Origin: Monocercomonoides exilis PA203
Taxonomy: Eukaryota; Protista; Preaxostyla
Direction of reading: 5' to 3'
Length of the DNA stretch: 64,000 bases
Assembly: GCA_001643675.2 (NCBI GenBank)
Contig: LSRY02000001.1
Coordinates: 2,480,001-2,544,000 of the forward strand
Part shown: positions 36,670 through 48,600 of the stretch, one piece after another
Numbering within the stretch: position 1 is the first letter of the stretch
Layout: each line of letters starts with the position of its first letter
Position numbers and translations under genes: made by a program
Notes under the pieces: model-generated
The model's database searches: none
The model's input: only the letters and a program-made list of their open reading frames with translations
What the model was told of the DNA's origin: nothing

Positions 36670-39600
36670 CAATCAAATTCCTCAGTTTCAGAAACCAATT
36701 CACCAATTGTCCTTTCCAGAAGTCTTTTCTCTCTCTAATGCTTCGATTTCAGTTCATTTTTTAAAAAAAGATGTTTTTGTTTATTTTCAAATTCAATCAA
36801 CTTCGTAAGAAATAAATATCTCGAACATCCTCCCAATCACTTCATCATCCACAGTTTTTATATGAATCCACTCTCCCAATTCTATATTCAGCCTGCATAA
36901 CCAGATTTCACACTTACATTCATATAATTCATTTCCACCTGCTGCCCTGAAAACAACACAAAAACAGTCAACAAGCAAACATTCATCTATACAAAAATAA
37001 ATAATAACAAACTTCTCTTCGACTGTTTTTTACCAACACACTCATTTCCACAGCCATCATCATACAAAAAATTCAATCTCTTCATTTCATCCCCAGAATG
37101 GTTGAATGCAGCATTTCATCCTTCTCCGCAAAACACATCATACATTTCACTGGAGAGTCTTCTCAGCCCGTACACATTGTGATGGATGTGCAGAGGTGTT
37201 TTTTCTGTATTTGGCATGATCATCTCCTTTAATAATATTCTCAACAATACAAAGATTTATTTGATGTTTATTTCATCAACACCTGGTACATGAGGGATAT
37301 GGGTCAGAGATGAGATGGAAGGGGATTATTTGTGGCAGGGGGGTGGGAGTTGAGTATTTTATGAAATGTTAATCTTTCGAGAGGGGTTTTTGAATGGAAG
37401 AAATTCTGAGACAGAAAGATGGGGAAAGGCAGGTGGAGATTTGGAGAAGAAAATGTAGAAAATATATAGAGAAGTGGCTGAGGATGGTGAGGAAGGTGTT
37501 TATTGTTGATGGGAGAAATGGATTTTGAAGTGAAGGAAAAGAGGGTGAAAGCCGATGAGAAGAGGGAAGTTGAGAAATGTTAGATCGGAAGAGGGGTATT
37601 TTTTATGAAAGGAAATGATTTTATGAAAGAGAATGGGAAAGATGAAGAAAAGGAGGGGATTGATATTTTCAGATGATTTTGTGAGCTGAATGGAAGATGA
37701 AACTGGAAAGGAAAAGAAATTGAGAGGTATATTCATTTTCGATTTTTGAAGCAAAACGAGAGGAAAGTCATAGAAAGAGAGTTAATTTATTTGCGGATAT
37801 GCAATATGGAAAATTATAAATTAATCTTTTCATCATGCTATTTGTTATCAGGATTACCTTTTTCTTCCAAAGAACATTTATAAAAATTAATGTTTAATCC
37901 CATCATCAACATCATATTGAACCTCAACTTTTTCATCGAAAATATCGTTCGAATAACTTCACATGTTCCCATCACCTCATCTTTTTCACCACCTTCTTCT
38001 TTGACTTTCTCTTCTTCTTCTTCTTCTACTACTACTACGACTACTACCACTTCTTCTTCGTTTTCTTTTCCCTTCTTCGTCATCTTCGTCATCTTCGTCA
38101 TCTTCGTTTTCGTCTTCTTCTTCGTCTTCGTCTTCTTCTTCTTCTTCTTCCTTTTCTTCTTTAAATTCTCAACTTCTTTCGTGTCTTCTCCTTTCCCATA
38201 AACAATACCATATTCGTTTGGTTATTACACTGTCAAGCGAAAAGAAAGGAGCGAGGAATATGCGTTCAAATGGAAGAGGCAAAGAAGGTGGATTTCAAAA
38301 GCAAGTTGGGCGCGGAGCAGAGGAAAGGGAGACAGCAGGAAGACCCAAAGGTGAAGACGAAGACGAATGAGAATGGCGTGTTTCTTCATTTCATAATTAC
38401 AAGTTCAACATAAGGCTTGCACATACAGCAGCAGAAAGGAAGTGGCAGAGGTTGAGAAGTGAACACAGCAAATATTCTGCTTATTCGACAGCACACTCTC
38501 ATCTGCCCAGCTGAACACTCAAGACATCAAAGCCTCCACAACGTTAACTGCTCTTTTTTTTTCCTTGCTGACCGCATGCTCAGTTGTCTGCACCTTCTAT
38601 TCTTGTTGGAGCTCCTCCAAAGTCACTAACACATTTGTCTCCAGCCACAGATTCCTCTTCACTCACACAAAAGTTCGGCTGCACATCCTGCCCAATCTAT
38701 GCCTCTTCCTTTCCATATTCTTCTATTTCTTCCTTCTAACTGCTTATCCCTTGTATTATTCTCGGGAAGAGCAGATTGGGCAATGCAGGTGTGTTTGCAA
38801 GCAGCAGCGTGTCAGCGACGAGGGATGTGTTTGAGCAACAAAGGATGATGATGAACAATACTGCACATGAGGCTATCAAGGGATTCGGGTGGGTGGGGAG
38901 AAGGAGGGGAAGGAAGGGAAGAGAGAGAAGAAGGATGAAAAGAGGAGTGCAAATGAGTTTGTGAGTGATAAAGATGAAAAGGGATCGTTATGTCTGACAG
39001 ATAATTGATAGATAATGAGAAAAATGAAGAAGAAGAAGAGGAGGAGGAAGAGAAGAAGAAGAAGAGGTATTTCACGGAGACATTTGAAAAGCTCAAAAAG
39101 AAGGTTTCTCAAAAGAGAAAATGAAGGAAGCAGAAACAAAGAATAAATTTATCACGATTCTGACCACTCTTTTATTTGATTTTCTGTCCGAAATCAGAAA
39201 TCGACGAAGGGCTCAACAATAAATCATCCAAACGCGATTTGTTTACAGCAATTTCATTTGCCGATACTTCATTTTCTTCCTTCGTTTCATTTTCCACTCT
39301 TTCTCCTCTTCATCTTCTTGTTTATCTCCTTCTTCTATTTCCAATTATCCTTTCCCGCCTCTTCTTGCTCCTCCAGCACCACCAGCGCAATCGCTGCATG
39401 AAACAAAGCCACATCCTCCATCCTCAGCCCCGCCACCGACAGCCCCTTTTCCACAATCTCCCCAACTTCTTTCACGACAATCACTCGCCACGTCTCTTCG
39501 TCATCCAGCTTCACCACCACGCGACTCGATTGTTGAGATCACCATATTTGCAGCGACGCATCAAACTGATCTTATATCGACGGGAGCGCATTCACATCTG

Positions 39601-41250
39601 CTGCCGCAAAGATCCGCTTGCTCCCCGACTTCGTGCCCACCGACGATGCAAGCGAAGGAAGCGGTGCCACCAGCGGAAACGAAAGCATCGCCGAAAGCAT
39701 CACATCGTATGCACACGTAACACCTCCATTCAGTACTCACCGCCGAGCCATAACATATCCCTTGAAGCGTCTGTTGCTCCTTCAGTTAAGAATTCTTTTG
39801 ATTTGCATGCACCCCAGCCACCTCTCGATGTCATCCATCGCTCCTGCCGCTGTGTATGACGCTGCTACCGCGGAGGCATGCGATGGATAAATCGCAGGCG
39901 CTGATGAAGATACGGATCATTTATTACCCCCTTTATATTCTTCTCTTTTCTTCTCCGCCTCCGGAATGGCAAAGTTGATCTGCGCGCTGCTCCAGTTGAA
40001 GAAGACGAAGAAGACGAAGGTGCTGAGCGAAGAGAAGACTGTTGCGCTGCACTGGAAATAAGAAGCATTTTGAAATAGGCTTTCATGTCACACAACAGCT
40101 CCAATGAATCCACAAACACCACATCCACATTCGAATTAGACATATCAACCAGCCGCGTAAGCTCACCGTTCTCGAACGATGGAAACAGATGGAAAAGTGT
40201 ATCTTCAGCTGAGGGGTTGAAATGGGAAGAGAAAGGAGAGGATGAAGAGAGAGAAAAAAAAGGAGGAGTTGGAGGAGTAGGAGGAGTAGGAGGAATAAGC
40301 ATATTTTAACTATAGATATGATAGAAATATTACAGGTTATTTATTCAACTCGATGTGATAAACAGATAGGTCAATGGAAATGCTGAGGAAGAGTTGGAAA
40401 CTTGCAGATCCTTCGATTATTGAGCTGACAGAAACATCGTCTTCCTCAATTTCCTCACAAAATGTTCTGATTCATCATATTTTTGAAACATTTTCACTCA
40501 TCTCTTCCTTCTTCTTCCTCTCCGCTTCTTCTTCTTCTTCTTCTTCTTCCTCCTCCTCCTCCTCTTCTTCTTCTTCATCTTTATCTTACTTTTCTTCTTC
40601 TCCCTCTTCTTCCTTCGTTCACCTCTTCAATCAAACAGAACTGACTGATCTTTATGTTAAGGAAAACATATCGCCTGTGGAAGTTTGCTGGTTTCTGTAT
40701 TCCAATATGACACTGCTCTTAGCACAGTTGGAACTTTAAAAGGAGTTGAAGGAGAATGTGTTTGTTATGGAGATGAGGTGGAATATGCTGGGATTGTTTA
40801 ATACGAGACTGGTGATGAAGGTGTGGTTGAGGAAGAAGGAGATTCCAAAGAGGAGAAGAAAGAAAAGAAAATAAATGAAGCTAATTCGCAGAAAAAGCTT
40901 TTCAAGTTCTTTTTTCGTACAAGAAGCGATAAAGCAATGTAATGAAACATTTATTAGGAAAACATTGGAGATTAAAGAAGTCAAAATTGACAACATTTTC
41001 TAATGGGAAATTTTGATGAAATGGAGCAGAAAAGGAAGAAAGATTGATGGTGGATGGAAAAGAAAGTTAGAAATGCATTTCGTTAGAATAATTAGGAAAG
41101 AAAAGAAGAGATTGACTTTGTTGTGATCGTCTGTTGTTGTTTCCCCTCCATTAAGTTCATCGTTTTTTTAACACCGTTGAAATGCTCAGAAATAACGATA
41201 ACTTTATGATGAAGCTTCAGCAAAATAAATACCAAATTCATTGCATTTTC
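36670..41250 (-). pseudogene. Large decayed gene relic with E/K/S-rich tracts, product unknown
   Basis: A series of minus-strand protein-like ORF pieces (40736-40996, 39865-40302, 39335-39520, 37838-38101, 36793-36978) separated by in-frame stops and frameshifts, with elevated GC at 39.3-40.2 kb. Boundaries are approximate. Confidence 0.5.
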
Positions 41251-41480
41251 TTTTTAAAAATCAAATTATAAATATTTAAAGCCATCTATTTTGCTCTAAG
41301 AATATTATCTTCTTCAATAAATTTTGTTTTGCAAGTTTTGAAATTTGTCATTATATTTTAAAATTTATTTATTCATTTTTTTAATTTTTGGTAAATTTTA
41401 AATGAACTTGATCATAAAAATACTTTTAAATCAAAACGTTAAAAAGGTATGTTTTTTTGAATATTATAATATAACAAATA

Positions 41481-41789
41481 TATAAAACGGAAATAAAAGC
41501 TAAATACTTGTAACAAATCAATTTAATTTTTTGATCAAAAAATACCACAATAGATTTTCTTTTTTCTATTTTTGATCTTTTTTTATGATATCAAAAAAAA
41601 TCACCCATTTTGAGTTTCTTCGAGATTTCGATATTTATTTTTTCTGAGCACAAATGAAGCTATTTTGAAAGTCTTGAATGTCACATGAGTTTGTATTGAT
41701 AAGATATATTTTGAGGAAAATAAACAGAATTATTCCTTTTGCAGTTGTTGTGAAATCGATCTTGTCCGGTATTTTTTGCGATATCTGTA
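41481..41789 (-). repeat. Dispersed repeat, copy B (inverted relative to A and C)
   Basis: 41578-41789 matches copy A; 41481-41608 matches 63873-64000 in reverse complement. Confidence 0.85.
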
Positions 41790-42635
41790 ATTTCGATCGA
41801 CTTCTTGTTTCATTATCCTTGTTGTTAATTCAATTGCTCTAAAAGTACTATCTTTTTTTATATGCTTTGTTTTTTAAAAGACTTAGTATTCTAAGGGGAA
41901 ATCTGTGCAGAGGCTAAATATCGACAATTTATCTTCAGAAAAATGATTTGTTAGCACAATTCTATCAAATCGTAACAAAAATCTTTTTTTGTAAATGTTG
42001 TTCGTGAATGTGAACTATTTTCATAGGATGAGTTTTTTATTGAAGCTGTTTTGAATGGATGGGTGAATGCTTTTGAAATCACATATTTTTTTTGTTTAAA
42101 AGCATTTTCTCCAAGCACTCGATTGTTCGAAAGAATTCGATAATCTTCAAGGTTTGTTCTCTGAAATTGCTTGTCTTTTCCACATCTGAGATGAAAGAAA
42201 TATATCGAAGTATTTCCATATTATCATTGAAAACAATGAATAGTTTTACAAGTTTTTCTGGCAAACTCTGAATTCAAACATTTAAATGGAAAAAACAAAG
42301 AGATAAAAAAGAATTACCAACCTAAAATAATTCAAATTAGTTCAATAATTTAGAAAAATGAATGGCGAATTATTGTTTTTCGTTTCTCCAAATAATTCGA
42401 CAAACACATCATTCAATATGCTTTGAAAGAAAATTTTTGAATAATCGTTCTCATTTCATTCATTTTTTTCTCTAACGTCAGTTTCGCAATTCAACTCAAA
42501 GCATTTTCATCAAGATTCATTCCATATACTGTTCAATTAAAAATTAACGAATAATCAATTGAAAGTTATTAACCAAAAAATCCAATTCATGTGATCAATG
42601 CCATCGTTTGATTCTTGGAAAAACATTGAACAATC

Positions 42636-45600
42636 ATGGCGGAAGCTGTGAGCGTTTCATTCCTTGAGAAGTTTGTGCTGGCGAAGGACGAAAAGGAGCG
42701 GGATGCGGCTCTGGAGGCTCTACCAGCGAATTCGACGGAGCGTCTGTATTATGCGATTTTGCGAGAACAACTGAAAAGTCCTTTGAGTGCCACGGCAGAA
42801 GAAGAACAGCTGATGGAAAAGCTGGTCAAAAAGCTGGGGAAAAGCAATACAGCGGTGGTGCAGCTGCGTCTGAGACGGGAACTGACGTCATTTGGGCAGA
42901 TGGACAAAGCGGGGCAGAAAGAAGTGCTGGAGCATCTGCGGGATGACATTTTGCATGAGGACTTCGCAAGCGTGCAACGGCGTGTAGGGGTGCGGGACGA
43001 GCCCCGGGAGGAGGCGGTGCTGCCGAGTGTGCTGGATGAGGACGAAGTTGACTTTTCAAAAGTGCTGAAGGAAGCGGCCACACATCGGCAGATTCTCAAC
43101 GAACTCACACCGGAGGGGATGCTGAAAGTTGACGGGAAAGGGCTGGAGAAGCGCGATCTGCAGCACTTCATCAACAACGTGCCGTCGTGTTCGTATCCTG
43201 GGATTGTGGAGCTGATAATGCTGTATCTTTCAAAGCCCGACACGCACCTGTCGGACTTGTCGGTCGAGCTGACGATGGACCAGCTGCAACAGCTGGGAGA
43301 AGAAAAGGCGGAGTTGCGAAGCAATGAACGGTGGGTGGAGATGATAGTGATGCGGATGGCGCCAGGGGCAGATGTGGTGTGGGAAACAGACAAAGCAGCG
43401 CAGGATGAATACTTTGAGCGGATATGGCACATGGGGTGCGAATTGAGCGGTGCAGCACTTTGGATGGGTGCTTCGCTGATGGAGGCGTGTGTGGTGCATG
43501 ATTGGCTGAGAGGGGAGCCGAACTTGGAGAGGTTTTTGAGGCTTCTGAAGTGTCCGAGAAGGGATGTGGGGATATGCATAAGGCAGGAGAGGACGAGCAA
43601 CGGGGGAAATTATGAGTGCCGGGTGGATGTGGGATGGCTGGGGAGAGTGGGGATGGGGAAGGCGGAATTGGAGTGGATGGAGCGAAATGGGAGCACAGAA
43701 CTGATCCGGAAGCTGGTGATTCATTTCATTGCGGAAGGGGTGGATGAAGAGAGGTTCGAAAAGTTTATTGAAGAGTCCGAATTGCGGAGGTTGGCGACGG
43801 AGGCGAAGCTGACGAGCGGGGAGATGGATGTGAGCAAAGTGGGAAGGAAGGATGCGGATGAGTATTTTGTTCGGCGGCTGACAGAAAAGACAGAGCTTAC
43901 GTTTGCAGACGACAACGAGACGAGCTTTGGGTTTGGGAGGGGAAAGGAAGAGGTGCCTGTGGTGAAAGTTGTGGTGAAGAATATCCGGGAGGTGCGTTTG
44001 CAGGTGTTTGAGGTGAACACGGAGGCATACTACTCGCTGATGCATCGAGAGGTGGATGCGGGAATGGAAGTGGATGGGCTGGTGGCGAACTATGAGCGTA
44101 TGCTCGATTATTCGGGGTATGCTCCTGTGATCCGGCACACGGAGCGGATTGAGCTGCCATCGCTTGTGTTGGAGAGAAAAGAGGAGAAAGGTGAAGAGGA
44201 AGAGGAAGAGGAGGAAGAGGAGGAGGAAGTTGAGCGGGGCGCAGGAGAGCGAGTGCAGAAGAGAGGAGTGTTTGTGGTTGTTCTGTCAGGGGATGGGTTG
44301 ACGAGCCGTGCACTGATCCGAAAGGGGAGTCTGCGGATGATGTGGCGGTGCATTGCAGATGGGCAGGCGGTGACAGTGCTGGACGAGCTGAACATGCCCT
44401 TGCCGAGAAGCCGGGCAGCGGTGTGGGTGGACGGGCGGAGATACAGCGCGAGCACAACTCCGAAGAGGCACCCTGCGCTGGAGCCGTGCGAGATTCTGGT
44501 GCCGTATGCGACAGGGGGCGGGGCAGGGATGAAGCAGGCGATAGTGGAAGACTTGGCAGATGAGTTCTGTGTGCTTGTGGAGGGGTTTGAGCACAAAGCA
44601 GAGGAGTATGAGTTTGGGTGTGGGATCTACATTGACCGGGAGGAGCTTGTGCGGCATGGGAATGCGCACATTGTGCTTCGGCCGCAGCTGCTGTGCTGTG
44701 GAGTTGCAGCGTCGGTGGGGATGGTGCGCGGGGTGTGTGTGAAGGTGACATCGAGGACGGTGGAAGGGATAGAGGTGACGCGGCAGTATGCGGGGGTGCG
44801 GTTTGCGGATGGGGAGGTGGGGTGTGTGGAGTATACAGTTCCTGAGAATGTTGCAAAGTTGCAGGTGGAGGTGAGCGGGGCGGTGACGGTGCACTCAGAT
44901 TTGGGTCGGACAGTGCCAGTTCGGAGCGAGAAGACGTTTTGTGTGAACACGATTGACAAAACGAGGGAGATTGTGGCAGCAGCGCTGGTACGAAGAACAG
45001 AAGAGAAGAATGCGAAAAATGGGAAGAACGGGAAGACTTGTTATGTTCTGCGTGTGTTTGGGAAAGGCGGAGAGAGAATCAAACATCACGCAGTCACGTT
45101 CAAGTTCTTCTGGCGGTGCGTGAGCAGCTGGGGGAGCACATGCAAAGAGGGAGTCAGACTGATGACAGACAAGAAAGGGGAGATTGAACTGGGCAGTTTG
45201 AGAGATGTGAGTGGGTTTGAGATACGGATGGGGTCAGGGGATGGGGCAGGGGAGACGAGGCAGATGTTTGGGCTGGATGGGCATGGCGTTGAGCCGATGC
45301 CGATGCATGTGGAGAACAGGAGCGAGAGGGCAGTGGGGTATGCGGGGCAAGAGCTGGAGGTGACGCTGGAAATGGGGTGGGATGAAGGAGAAGAGGAAAG
45401 GAACGAAGAGGAAAAGAATGAAGAGGAAGAAAAGGAGGGAGCGAAGAATGAGAAGAAGGGGATTGAGAAGAGACTGGTTTCGCTGACACAAATGATCGGG
45501 ACAGAACGGATTGTACCGTTGCGTGATGTGAGCGAGAAGATGGTGGTGAAGGAAGGGAAGGCGATTCTGTTGGCTGATCTGCCTTGTGGGGAATATGAGC

Positions 45601-48600
45601 TGTTTGAGTGGGCGACGGGGCTGCGGACGACTATTTCGCTGATTGAGCCGCGGAAGATGGCTGAAAACAACGAGAAAGATGGAGTGAAGGAGGAAAACAT
45701 GAACGAAAAATGGAAAGAAGAAGAAGAAGAAAGCGATTGTGGGGTGAGGCAGGACAACACATCGCTTCTGTGTGGTGTGCGGAGGATCGGGCGACGAGGA
45801 GGTGATGCAGCAGTGGCGATTGTGGGGGTTCGGCAGATGAGAGAAGGAGCGGAAGCCGGGAACGTGGAGGTGATTCTGAGCAACTGCACAGCGATGACGC
45901 GTGTGCATGTGTTTGGGAGTGTGTTTGCGGGGGCGTTTGATGCAGAGACGCAGCTGACGGGGCTGGCAGAGGGGAGGCAGGCAGAGGTGCAGATAGCAAA
46001 GGTGGCGGGGTCATTCTACACATCTGACAAGAGGCTGGGCACAGAGCAAGAATACATCCAGCGAAGACAGACGGCAGCAGCGCGTCTGGGGAACACGCTG
46101 GATGCGCCGTCTGTGCTGATGCACGGGGTTGTGACGCAGGAGACTTGGAGGAAGGAGGCGAGCGCATTTGCAGGGGATGCGATCTGCGGAGGAGCAGCAA
46201 GCGGAGAGATGATGGCAGACATGATGGCGAGGAAGAAGAAGAAGATGATGATGAACGGGGCGATGGAAGGGGGAATGGGAGGAGTGCGTAACTGGAGGAG
46301 GAGCCTGGCAGACTGGAAGAACATCGACTTTTTGGGGGAGACGACGACAGTTGTGCTGAATGAAGCACCAGGGGAAGGGAAGAGGAGGCGTGTGGTTATC
46401 CCGATGGAGGTGATTGCAGGGAAGGGGCAGAGCACTGTGACAGTGGTGGCGACAGACGATGAGCATGTGGTGGCGAAGGTGGTGGGGGTGGATCTGAGTC
46501 TGTGCAGCGGGAGAAGGAAAACGGAAGGAAGAGAAGGAGGAGAAGGAGAAGGAGAAGGACGATTGGGGGAAATGAGGCTGATGAATGTGTTTGACCCGAA
46601 GAAGCATGTTTTGCAGAAGATGCACTCGGCGCTGATTCTGCCAGAAAAAGTGCTGAGAAGCAGATGTTGGGAAGTCAGTGATGAGAAGGATGAAGAAAAG
46701 AAGGAAGAAAAGAAGGAAGAAAAGAAGGAAGAAAAGAAGGAGAAGGAGGAGAAAATAAAATCAAGATGTGAATGTGAATGCGCCAGTTCAAATGGGAAGA
46801 AGACAGGAGGAGTGTCATTGAAGAAGGCATATCTTTCGAAATGTGTTGCGACGCGGAAGATAAAAGATCTGTCGACATCTACATATGAAAGCTACAGTTG
46901 CTTTGGGGGAATTCTTCATCTGCTGAAGTGTGTGATGAAGGCGAAGGCGAAGAAGAATGAGGGAGATGAGGCAAAAGTGAGGGCATTTGACGCATGGTGT
47001 AATGCGTTTGAGGAGCTGTACAAGTTGGTTGATGATGAGGATGAGGATGAAGATGAAGAGAAAGAGAAAGAAAAAGAAGAAGAGAAGAAGAAGAAATTCC
47101 GAGAGCTTTGTGATCGATACAGCGAATTTGCTTGTGAGGAGACGAATGTTCTGCTGTTCAAAAAGGCGCCAAAATTCTTTGCGAAAGCGGTTCGTCCGAG
47201 TTTGGCGAGCAAAAAGGAGAAGACGGTGGTTGACCACTATCTGCTTGGCACGGAAGATGTGGGGCTGTTTGAGGAATATGCAGAGCCAGCTTTGTTTGCG
47301 AGGCTGAATGCAGTGGAGCAAGTGTTTGTGCTGGCGAGGCTGGTGGAGCTGGGGCAGAAGGCGAAGAAAAGAGAAGAAGGAAGAGAAGAAGGAGAAGAAT
47401 TGCTGGAGAGGAGTTTGAGGAGGTGTGTGGCGTTGGTGGAGAAAGTGGAAGGGCAGCTGAGGTCGCAGCTGAGAGACAAGAAAGAAGAGGAGAAGGTGTT
47501 TGAGACAGCGCTTCGATCAGGATTGGATGTTGGGGGGTTGATTGAGGCAGAGGAAGAAGAAGAAGAAGAAAGAGGAAGAAAAAGCAGTGTGAAAGGAGCA
47601 TCGGCGCGAGCATTCAACGAAGGAGGGGATTTGGGGAAGATGGAAGTGCATGTGAGGACGATGCAAGGGAAGATAATTCGAGTAAGTGTGACGAAGGAGA
47701 CAACAGTGGCGGAGCTGAAGGAGCTTGTGCAGAAGAAAGAAGGGATTCTGCCTGACATGCAGAAGATTATCTTCAACGACGTGCAGCTGAGTGACACGCG
47801 CACAATGAGCGGGTGCTTCATCCGGAACAACGACGAGCTGAAGCTGATGCCGCGTATGTTGGGGGGTGCAACGGATGTTAAAGGGCAGATGGGGCAGATG
47901 GAGCAGATGGGGCAGATGGGGAAGATAGAGAAAGGAGCGAGGCCTGGAGCGAGAATGGCAATGCCGATGGTTGGGATGGCAAGGGCAGGAGCAGGGGCAA
48001 GTGCAGGGGCAGGGATGAGGCCGAGAATGCTGATGCAGTCGAATGCGGTGCAGAGGATGGGCACTGCTGGTGCGATGCCACGTCGGGCAAATGGCTTTTG
48101 TGGCTCTTTCTCAAAGGCAATTCCTTCAAATCCTCAGATGGCGATACCTTTTGGAATGCAGATGGAGGCACCAATGGCAGCACCGATGGAGATGAAGATG
48201 GCAATGCCGATGGCACCGATGAAGATGAAGATGGCAGCAGAGAATGTGCATTATGGCTACACTTCTGCTTTTAGTGGATCTTGTGGCTTTTCTGCAGATG
48301 GTGGTGCTTGTGCTGAGGAAGAAGAAGAGAAAATGCCAGTTGCAAAGTTCCAGCAGGTGGAGAACACGAAAGAATACCGAGAGAACCAATATCATCGTGT
48401 GGCGTCATCTCATTCCGCGCTGATTGAGTGGAACCATTTCTTCCTGGACTATGCGCGATATCTGTTTGGGTGTGTCGGGGAGGGGGTGGGCAGGGATGCG
48501 CGCGAGTGTGGGAGGGCTGTTCCTTTTGTGTCAGCGAATGTGATTGAATGCACCGATTCGTTTGCGTCAGCGGCGTTTGCAGCTGCGCTGACAGATGTTT

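Noticed and set aside
47118-47150. YSEFACEET as a thioester motif
   Set aside because: It does not match the C-x-E-Q consensus; no canonical thioester site was found in the protein.
47640-47867. Stand-alone ubiquitin, NEDD8 or polyubiquitin gene
   Set aside because: Only ~41% identical to ubiquitin, single copy, and in frame with 1668 upstream and 1083 downstream codons with no flanking stop.
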